Part shown: positions 8,641 through 16,500 of the stretch, one piece after another | Layout of the letters: each line of letters starts with the position of its first letter | How positions within the stretch are numbered: position 1 is the stretch's first letter | Assembly: GCA_964465245.1 (NCBI GenBank) | Contig: CAYXHQ010000002.1 | Location: forward strand, 1-32,336 | Reading direction: 5' to 3' | Source: an uncultured Muribaculaceae bacterium | GTDB taxonomy: Bacteria; Bacillota_I; Bacilli_A; RF39; UBA660 | DNA length: 32,336 bases | Made by a program: the position numbers and the translations under genes | Notes under the pieces: model-generated | Seen by the model: only the letters and a program-made list of their open reading frames with translations | Databases searched by the model: none | What the model was told of the DNA's origin: nothing

Positions 8641-8687
8641 ATTGTATACTAATTTGCCCCACTTGTCAATGTTGTGGGGTAAATTAG
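8641..8687 (-). promoter_or_regulatory. sigma-A promoter embedded in a 14-nt inverted repeat (candidate operator) for the AbiEi-like gene
   Basis: On the minus strand: TTGACA (8664-8669), a 17-nt spacer, then TACAAT (8641-8646). The inverted repeat is CTAATTTGCCCCAC (8649-8662) / GTGGGGTAAATTAG (8674-8687), 13 of 14 complementary with an 11-nt spacer. Confidence 0.6.
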
Positions 8688-8702
8688 TGAAATTGTTATA
8701 GA

Positions 8703-9557
8703 CTAATTTAAGTCAATTAAAGTTATTTCTGATGAATAAAAATGATTTAAAAATCTCAAAAACTTTGGTTTTCCTACCTTTTTTACACCTCGAGATATGA
8801 TAACGCTCATATTCTCTATTTTATGATGCCCTCTACAGTAAATCGGAAATGCTTTTTTCGCAGGTGATATAAGTCCAAGTCCTTTATGTTTAAAATCTAA
8901 AAATTCCAACCATTTTGGAAATGCTCCATTATGCATATGTCCACATAATATTAAATTAATATTGTTTTTTATGTCTGTGAGTCTACTATAATTACTTTTT
9001 TTAGTAATAGACACAGGTGAATGTGATATAAGTATTTTATAGTTATCATTTGTATCAATACTTATAGGATGTCTCATAAATTCATCATAAAAAGAATCTT
9101 TTTGTTTAGAATTATACCACTCTACTGTTGGACTATAATGAATAAATTCAATATTATTAAATACTATTTTTTCATTATATATATAATATACATTTGGATA
9201 TTTTGATAAAGATTCAAACCACTTTAACTGATTACCTTTTTTACTTCTATCTTTATAGTCATATACTAAATCGTGATTTCCTACTGTTACAATAGTTCTA
9301 GCAATACTACCTAATGACACAATAAAACTTTCTATGCTTCGCCTAAATATTTCATTTTCAACGACTTTTCCATTATCAATTATATCTCCTGCGAGTACAA
9401 TAAAATCAGGCTTTATTTTATTTATTTTATTTAATATTTTTTCATAATATTTTTTAGTGCTTTTCTCATTATGATGAATATCTGACAATAAACAAATTTT
9501 CTTATTTATTTGTTTATTTGTTTCTAAATTATAGTTTTGTATACTTATCTTTCCCAT
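8703..9557 (-). CDS. calcineurin-like metallophosphoesterase
   Basis: 284 aa with the metallophosphoesterase motif set: LSDIHHN (DxH), LAGDIID (GDxxD), GNHD and GHMHNG (GH.H). Confidence 0.8.
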   Translation of the reverse strand: MGKISIQNYNLETNKQINKKICLLSDIHHNEKSTKKYYEKILNKINKIKPDFIVLAGDIIDNGKVVENEIFRRSIESFIVSLGSIARTIVTVGNHDLVYDYKDRSKKGNQLKWFESLSKYPNVYYIYNEKIVFNNIEFIHYSPTVEWYNSKQKDSFYDEFMRHPISIDTNDNYKILISHSPVSITKKSNYSRLTDIKNNINLILCGHMHNGAFPKWLEFLDFKHKGLGLISPAKKAFPIYCRGHHKIENMSVIISRGVKKVGKPKFLRFLNHFYSSEITLIDLN

Positions 9558-9649
9558 ATTAATAATTATACACTTCCTAAGAATAAATTAGTAGTTCTTT
9601 TTTATGTATTTACAATGTACCTTAATTTTTGCATATTTTATAAAAACTA

Positions 9650-9678
9650 TTGATATTTATAATACTTTTTAGTATAAT
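9650..9678 (+). promoter_or_regulatory. sigma-A promoter of rpsD
   Basis: TTGATA (9650-9655), a 17-nt spacer, then TATAAT (9673-9678). Confidence 0.7.
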
Positions 9679-9684
9679 TTACTA

Positions 9685-9861
9685 GTATTCATTTGGCAGC
9701 AATATTATGAACGAGTGAATGTGTTTATTACTTTTAAAGCGTATAAGTAACCACTGCCAGGCGAAAGTATTTAAATAAACACCCCACTAGTGATTTCTTT
9801 TGGGAAATTTAATAATATTCGGTAGCCTTTGTTTACAATTATTGTAAAGGAGGTATTTTTT
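9685..9861 (+). promoter_or_regulatory. long structured 5' leader of rpsD (candidate S4 autoregulatory leader)
   Basis: About 175-nt untranslated leader. Long-range pairing TGGCAG (9694-9699) / CTGCCA (9754-9759). Hairpin TTTACAA (9832-9838) / TTGTAAA (9842-9848) whose 3' arm runs into the SD AAGGAGG (9847-9853). Confidence 0.45.
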
Positions 9862-10455
9862 ATGTCAAGATATACAGGACCTGTATATAAGAAATCTAGA
9901 AGATTAGGGTTTTCAATCCTTGAAACTGGAAAAGAATTAGCTAAAAGACCTACTGCTCCTGGACAACATGGAACAAGTAGAAAAAAATTAAGTGAATATG
10001 GAGTGCAACTTCAAGAAAAACAAAAAGTTAGAAATCTATATGGACTTAGTGAAAAGCAATTCAGAAAAACTTTTGACAAAGCTGGTAAAAGAAAAGGAGT
10101 TCACGGAACTAATTTACTTATAGCTTTAGAAAGTAGACTTGATAATTTAGTATATCGTTTAGGTATGGCTAAAACAAGAAGGGCTTCAAGACAAATCGTT
10201 AATCATGGACATATTTTAGTAAATGGCAAAAAAGTTGATATTCCATCATTTGAAGTAAAACCAGGAGATATCATCACTGCTAAAACTGAAAGTCATCCAG
10301 TAATTAAAGAATGTTTAGGAAATACTGAAGCTAGAGTTCCATTTGTAGCTTGGGATGACAAGAAACAAGAAGGAACTTATGTAAGATTCCCTGAACGTGA
10401 AGAACTAAATCTAGAAGTTAATGAAGCATTAATAGTTGAATATTACAACAGATAA
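9862..10455 (+). CDS. rpsD: 30S ribosomal protein S4
   Basis: [23 protein letters not shown]... is the canonical S4 N-terminus, and an S4 RNA-binding domain is present ([33 protein letters not shown]). The ATG at 9862 lies 8 nt after AAGGAGG. The 11-codon extension in the ORF track is rejected. Confidence 0.95.
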   Translation: MSRYTGPVYKKSRRLGFSILETGKELAKRPTAPGQHGTSRKKLSEYGVQLQEKQKVRNLYGLSEKQFRKTFDKAGKRKGVHGTNLLIALESRLDNLVYRLGMAKTRRASRQIVNHGHILVNGKKVDIPSFEVKPGDIITAKTESHPVIKECLGNTEARVPFVAWDDKKQEGTYVRFPEREELNLEVNEALIVEYYNR

Positions 10456-10469
10456 TAATTTGACACAAA

Positions 10470-10498
10470 AAAACATTTTGATTTTTTCAAAGTGTTTT
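10470..10498. terminator. bidirectional rho-independent terminator (rpsD and the convergent 185-aa gene)
   Basis: 12-bp stem AAAACATTTTGA (10470-10481) / TCAAAGTGTTTT (10487-10498) with one G-U pair on the plus strand and a TTTTT loop. T-rich tracts follow on both strands. Confidence 0.7.
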
Positions 10499-11055
10499 TA
10501 TTTTATTTTAAAAGTATTAAGCAGTTGTTTGATAGAACTAGCATACCCTTCTGTATATTCAAGTGGGTACTCTAATATTATTTCATATAAATCTTTATTA
10601 CTTGTTATAAAAAAATATTCTTTAATATTTTCTTCTACTTCTATAATGTATTTACTGTTATAATTATTTAATTTAATATCTTCAAAGTCTTCTATATTTT
10701 TTATATCATTAATACTTTTATCTTTATGATATTTTACTTTTAATTCAAAGTCATTTATTTTAAATTTTTCAGTTTCCCCTTCTTTTGTGTATTCAAAATC
10801 AGCAGGATAATTTAAATAGTAACCTAAACTACTATTTATTAAATTGGTCTTCACTATTTCAGTATTTCCTTCTAATTCTACTTCTTTGTCTTCACCTTCA
10901 GTTACTATACTGTTTTTTTCATCATTTTCTAGTATATTTATATCATTAGTTATATCAAATAACCTAATAGTATTAGTACTAAATAAGTATTGACCCAATA
11001 TAAAACCTATAAATATAAGTAGAATTGTTTTTAAAATACAACTAAATAATTTCAT
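10498..11055 (-). CDS. hypothetical membrane-anchored/secreted protein
   Basis: 185-aa ORF with an N-terminal hydrophobic anchor (ILKTILLIFIGFILGQYLF) and an acidic extracytoplasmic domain. AGGAGAG lies upstream of the ATG. Confidence 0.55.
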   Translation of the reverse strand: MKLFSCILKTILLIFIGFILGQYLFSTNTIRLFDITNDINILENDEKNSIVTEGEDKEVELEGNTEIVKTNLINSSLGYYLNYPADFEYTKEGETEKFKINDFELKVKYHKDKSINDIKNIEDFEDIKLNNYNSKYIIEVEENIKEYFFITSNKDLYEIILEYPLEYTEGYASSIKQLLNTFKIK

Positions 11056-11102
11056 AATTACTCTCCTATAATTTTAGTATTGACTTAAATAATACTTTTT
11101 AT

Positions 11103-11131
11103 AACAAAATAAAACGAGTTTAAACTCGTTT
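11103..11131 (-). terminator. rho-independent terminator after ftsZ
   Basis: On the minus strand: AAACGAG-TTTAAA-CTCGTTT followed by TATTTTGTT. Confidence 0.65.
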
Positions 11132-11192
11132 ATTATCCAATAACTTCCATATTTAAAATTTAATCTCCTATCATAAAAATTCTTCTATTATA

Positions 11193-12234
11193 TTATATGT
11201 CTCTGTTTCTTAAAAATACTGGGATGTCTATGTCTTCATCTAGTTCTTCTATTTTAGTTATTCTTTCTTTTGTTTTAGTGGCACTATTATTTTCATATTG
11301 ATATAATGGATCGCTTTCTTCTTCAAATCCTGTGGCAATTACTGTAACTATTACTTCATCAGTAAGTGCTTCATTGATAACTGCACCAAAGATAATATTT
11401 ACATCTGTATTAGATGCAGCTCTTACTACTTCTGCAGCATCTTCTGCTTCAAATAATGTAAGAGATTTTCCGCCTGTTATATTAATGATACAGTCTGTTG
11501 CTCCATTTATTGTAGTTTCAAGAAGTGGACTAGTAACTGCTTGTTTTGCAGCTTGCATAGCTCTATCTTCTCCAAATCCTACACCTATTCCAATAAGTGC
11601 AGTTCCTCTTGCTTCCATTATTGCTTTAACATCAGCAAAATCTAGGTTTACAAGCCCTGGCACACTTATTAAGTCTGAGATTGATTGAACACCAAGTCTT
11701 AAAACATTATCTACTTCTCTAAATGCATCTACCATAGGAGTTGATTTATCAATTAAATCTCTTAATCTATCATTTGGAATTACCACTAAAGTATCTACAT
11801 GCTTTTTAAGTTCATCTAGTCCATATAAAGCATTATCCATTCTCTTCTTACCTTCAAATTTGAAAGGTTTTGTTACTATTGCAACAGTTAAGGCACCAAG
11901 TTCTTGAGCCACCACCCATACCAGCGGCTACAAAAACCATGTCTGCTCCTCTTAATAGGTCTTCAATTTCACTTCTGCTTTCCATTGCTGCTTCACGACC
12001 TACTTCAGGGTCAGCTCCAGCTCCAAGTCCATCAGTAATAGTTTTACCTATTTGTAATTTAATTGGTGCTTTAGAACTATTTATAATTTGCAAATCTGTG
12101 TTTGCTACTATAAACTCTACTCCTTTTAAGCCATCGTCAATCATCCTGTTAACAGCATTACATCCTGCTCCACCTACTCCTATAACTTTAATTTTTGCTA
12201 TTTGGTCCATTTCTAAAGGGGTTCCACTATTCAT
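11193..12234 (-). pseudogene. ftsZ: cell division protein FtsZ, interrupted (out-of-frame internal deletion removing the GGGTGTG loop)
   Basis: The N-terminal part (ORF 11854-12243; likely ATG at 12232-12234, 8 nt after AAGGAG) reads ...[17 protein letters not shown]...[14 protein letters not shown] and then goes out of frame. The C-terminal part (ORF 11193-11915) resumes at [23 protein letters not shown]...NLDFADV...DIPVFLRNR. No frame encodes TGTGAAP. Confidence 0.85.
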
Positions 12235-12246
12235 ATCAATCACTCC

Positions 12247-13485
12247 TTAATTATCGAAAAAGTAACTAAATACTTTCCCGAGTATTGTATTATTTGTATT
12301 TTTCTTTTTACTATTAAATATTTCTTCAATATCTTCCGCACTCATTGTTGATGCTGTTTTTTTTCTAAACGCTAATTTTCTGTGATAATATTTAATGAGT
12401 CCTAGAGCACTACTATATTTATTTGATCTAACACCAAGTTCGCTTACATCTCCTAAAATTGCTGATTTACCTAAAACTTCTTCAACAACTTCTGATGCAT
12501 CATCTATATCTGTAGTACCTCCTGTAACTATTATATAACTATTTTCCTTCTTTGTTAAGAGATTTATTTGTTTTTTTGATAACTCTAGTATTTCTTTTAA
12601 CTTTGAGTAAACAATTTCACTTATTTCATACTGATTTATTTTGATTTTGATGCCATCTTTATTCTCTACTGTTTCAAGTTCAGTAGTACTTGTATTCTTT
12701 TTATGTGCGAATGCAAAGTTTTCTTTTAGATATATAGCAGTTTTCCTATTTACATTATAAGCATACATTATGTCTTTATCAATACTTATTCCACCAATAT
12801 CTAAAACTTCTACTGCAGTAAGTACACCTTTATTGATAATACTTACTTCTGTTTTTTCATCTCCTATATTAATAAGAGCACCCTGCGCTTCATTCATTTC
12901 ATCCAATTTATATTCATGATAATCAGCTAAAGCGTTAAAACAAATATCAGTAACACTTACTCCAATACTTTCTAATAATGTCACGAGTCCATAAATATTT
13001 TTCTTAGGTGTTAAAGATATTACATTTTTAACACTAAGCCTTGTAGCATTCATTCCCATTGGATTTGATACAGTTTCAGTTTCATTAATTATATATTCTA
13101 CTGGCATAATTGAAATTAATTCTTTGTTTGATGGAACTTTATTATAAACAGATGCTTGAAGAGCTCTTACGATATCATCTCCATTTATTTTTCCACTTTC
13201 ACGAGTAATAGTGGTATATCCTTCACATAAATCAAATTCAGCATAATAAGCAGGAGCACATATAAGAACATTTTTTATCTTTATATCTATTATATCTTCA
13301 CATTTTTTAAATAATTCTTTTAATGATTCAACTGCATCTTCAGGATTCACTATAAGCCCTTTTTTTACACCTTTAGACTTCACTTCAGAGCAAGCTAAAA
13401 CATTCAATCTTTTATTGTAGATTTCTCCAACAATCAATTTAAATGAACATGTTCCAATATCTAAACTTGTAATTATTTGTTTCAT
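12247..13485 (-). CDS. ftsA: cell division protein FtsA
   Basis: 412 aa counted from the ATG at 13483-13485 (AGGAAAG upstream): MKQIITSLDIGTCSFKLIVGE... has the actin-like ATPase fold (DIGT, GGTT). The stop overlaps the ftsZ SD. The 49-codon upstream extension in the track is rejected. Confidence 0.9.
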   Translation of the reverse strand: MKQIITSLDIGTCSFKLIVGEIYNKRLNVLACSEVKSKGVKKGLIVNPEDAVESLKELFKKCEDIIDIKIKNVLICAPAYYAEFDLCEGYTTITRESGKINGDDIVRALQASVYNKVPSNKELISIMPVEYIINETETVSNPMGMNATRLSVKNVISLTPKKNIYGLVTLLESIGVSVTDICFNALADYHEYKLDEMNEAQGALINIGDEKTEVSIINKGVLTAVEVLDIGGISIDKDIMYAYNVNRKTAIYLKENFAFAHKKNTSTTELETVENKDGIKIKINQYEISEIVYSKLKEILELSKKQINLLTKKENSYIIVTGGTTDIDDASEVVEEVLGKSAILGDVSELGVRSNKYSSALGLIKYYHRKLAFRKKTASTMSAEDIEEIFNSKKKNTNNTILGKVFSYFFDN

Positions 13486-13513
13486 AGTATCTTTCCTATC
13501 GTTACTAATAATA

Positions 13514-13522
13514 AGTATACCA
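13514..13522 (-). promoter_or_regulatory. extended -10 promoter element (TGGTATACT) upstream of ftsA
   Basis: The minus strand reads TGG-TATACT about 28 nt upstream of the ftsA ATG, just downstream of the adhesin terminator. Confidence 0.4.
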
Positions 13523-13529
13523 GTATTTT

Positions 13530-13567
13530 TAAAAAAAGTGAATACATTTTTAGGTGTAATCACTTTT
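13530..13567 (-). terminator. rho-independent terminator after the adhesin gene
   Basis: On the minus strand: AAAGTGA-T-TACA...TGTA-T-TCACTTT (11 bp with one mismatch) followed by TTTTT (13530-13534). Confidence 0.5.
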
Positions 13568-13570
13568 AAT

Positions 13571-16500
13571 TTAAATATTAAATACTTGTTTTTTTGATGC
13601 ATATAGGTATGCGAATATTGCAAATACAGCAAATCCTACAATTATAAAAATGTTATTATTTATTCCAGTTTTAGGATTTACAACTTTATTATAAGTATAA
13701 ATTATTTTTCCTGTTTCTTCAGAATATTCTCCATGCCAGTTATCTGTTACATTTATTAGTTCATAATCATCAAATTCTTTTTCTTCAGTTGTATATTCAT
13801 CTCCAACATATCCAGGTTTTTCATCACTTTCTAAAATGTTACCATCTTCATCTTGATAAATTATTTCTATTTTTGCCGGAGTTTTTTCAGTATAATAGTA
13901 TATAATTGTTTGAGGACTTAATGTAAATGTACCTACTGCATTATCTGGAGTACTAACTAAAGTATAGTTTTCTATATTTACTCTACTTGTAGTATAAGGT
14001 TTTGTAACTTTACCTGTTAATATAACATCATCACTAATTTGAGTTGTAGTACCATTTAAATAATGATGTACTGTTACATTTCCACCGGGTTTTAATTCAT
14101 ATATATAGATTACTTCTTGTGATTCTTCAGTAAATGTACCAGTAGCGTTATCTGGAGTACTTACAAGTTCATAGTTATCAAAGTCTTTTTCTTCTGTAGT
14201 ATAAGGAGTTCCTTCTTTATCAACCAAGTCATCTCTATCAAGAACACTATCTTCCGTACTTTTATATATTACTGTTACATTTGCTGGGTCTTTTAATCTA
14301 TAGTAATATGTTACATTTTGTGTTTCTCTTGTAAATACACCAGATGAATTTGTAGGAGTTGATACCAAAACATAATCTGAACTAGTAACTGCCGAAGTTG
14401 TATAATTTTCTCCTAGTTTTCCAGTTAAGTTTTGATCTTCTGCACCCGTAGCATCAATGGTAGTAGTCGTACCTTCTAAATAATGATGTACTGTAACTAC
14501 TCCACCTTGCATTATAGTATAGATATATATAACATCTGTGTTTTCTGCTTTAAGAATGCCATTAGCATTTGTAGGAGTAGTTTTTAATATATATCCTTCT
14601 TCATCATAATCATTACTTGTTGTTGTATATGGATTTCCTATATATCCACTAACTTGTGCTGTATCTAAAATTTCTCCACTATCGAGTTTATGAACCACAT
14701 CTACTGAAGCTCTTTCACGAAGTCTATAGTAATATGTTACTTCTTGAATTACAGATGTATAAACTCCTGTTTTATTACTTGGATTGTTAACAAGTTCGTA
14801 CTTTTCTATGTTCATAGGCGAAGTTGTATATGGCATCGTAATTTTACCAGATAAAAGTTGGTCACTAGCGCCATCTATTGTAACAGTTGTTCCATCTAAA
14901 TAATGATGAACTATAATGTTTCCACCTGCGTTTAGAGTATATGTATAAATTACATCTGCATTTTCCGTTTTAAGAGTGCCATCTGCATTTGCTGGAGTTG
15001 TTAATAATGTAGTATTTGGAAAAGTTTTACTATCTGTTTCATATGCATCATCAACATACCCATCTATCTTATATGAATTTAAAATTTCGTCCGTATCAAC
15101 AAGCCTGTGTATTACATTTACACTAGCTGGAGTTCTAAGCCTATAATAATATGTTACTGTTTGAGGTTCTAATGTAAATGTGCCTGTAGCATTATTTGGA
15201 GTACTAACTAACTCATATTTATTTATATCAAATGGATTAGTAGTATAGTTCTCGGTATATTTACCAGTAAGTATTTGGGTTTCGCCCCCATCAATAGTTG
15301 TAGTAGTATTCTCTATATAATGATATACTGTTACATTACCACCAGGCTTTAACTCATAAATGTAGATTACATCTGGGTTAGTAGCAGCTAAAGTGCCATT
15401 TGCATTACTTGGAACTGTTTTAACTACATAATTGTCATATGTATTAGTAGATGTTGTATAAGGTCTTCCTACATAACCCGAGATAGTAGATGAATCTAAT
15501 ACTGTATTATTTTCAAGTTTATGTATTACATTTATACTCGTAGTTTCCCTTAATTTATAATAATACGTTACTACTTGTATATTTAAATCGAATGTTCCCG
15601 TTTTATTACTTGGATTATTTACTAGTTCATACTTTTCTATATCCATAGCAGACGTTGTATATGAAGTTGTTACAGGTCCTGTTAATATTTGATCTGTAGC
15701 GCCTTCAATAGAGGTAGTACTTCCTTCTAAATAATGATGCACTATTACATTGCCTGATTTTAATCTATATATATAATCAACTGTTACACCATCTTCGTCC
15801 ATAATACCAGTTGCATTGGTAGGAGTTTTTGTTAACTCATAATTATCAAAATTTGTAAATGATGTAGGAGCCGAAGTTGTATAAGATTCATCTACCAATT
15901 CTTCACTTATATCACTCGCTTTTAAAGTTTGATTATTTTCAGTTTTATAATTTACAGTTAACGTAGCTTTAATTGGATCTTTTGTCCATCTATATTCAAC
16001 GTTACTTGTAACATAACTAATTTCAGATATTCTTGCGTGTCCATAACCTGTAGTATAGTTTGTCGTTGGTGTTGGTATCACTGCAGAAGCACCAACATCT
16101 GTATTCCATGAATATCCTTCCCCATCTATCATTATAGATTCACTAAATACCTTTTCACTATAGTGTTCACTACAAGTTTTATCAGTTTTTGCGCTTGCTA
16201 CAGTGCATAAAGTTCCGGTTGAATCATTTCTAGCAGTTCTTGATGTAGAAGATGCAATTGCGATTGAGCCTTGATGACCACTTATATATGATGAACCACC
16301 ACCCGATGCAGTAGCTGCACCTCCGCCACCTCCATAATATCCACCTCCGCCACCATCTCCGGCGTGAATTAACCAAGAACCAGTTCCAGTACCACAATCA
16401 ACAGGCCCGCCCCAGTTTCCGCCTCCACCTATTCCAAATGTTCCAATTTCGCCAGATTCTGTAATATACCCACAATATACAAAACTTCCAGCTGACCCAC

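Noticed and set aside
7690-9557. Search for an AbiEii/DUF1814 nucleotidyltransferase toxin next to the AbiEi-like gene
   Set aside because: Neither neighbour fits. One is a metallophosphoesterase with the DxH/GDxxD/GNHD/GH.H motifs, and the other is a 110-aa MazG-like protein. No unannotated ORF of suitable size exists in the gaps.
9829-9861. 11-codon extension ([11 protein letters not shown]) in front of rpsD
   Set aside because: The S4 N-terminus MSRYTGP starts at 9862, 8 nt after AAGGAGG. The extension contains that SD itself.
11880-11930. Programmed ribosomal frameshift as an explanation for the split ftsZ
   Set aside because: A frameshift could join the two frames but cannot restore the missing TGTGAAP... 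residues. No slippery heptamer or stimulatory structure is evident either.
11332-12250. Plus-strand ORFs of 118 and 126 aa antisense to ftsZ
   Set aside because: Shadow ORFs of a conserved minus-strand gene, with Ala/Ser/Pro-rich low-information translations and no SD.
13486-13632. 49-codon N-terminal extension of the ftsA ORF, overlapping the adhesin 3' end
   Set aside because: The canonical FtsA N-terminus (MKQIITSLDIGT) starts at the ATG at 13483-13485, which has its own SD. The extension runs through a terminator hairpin and a promoter.
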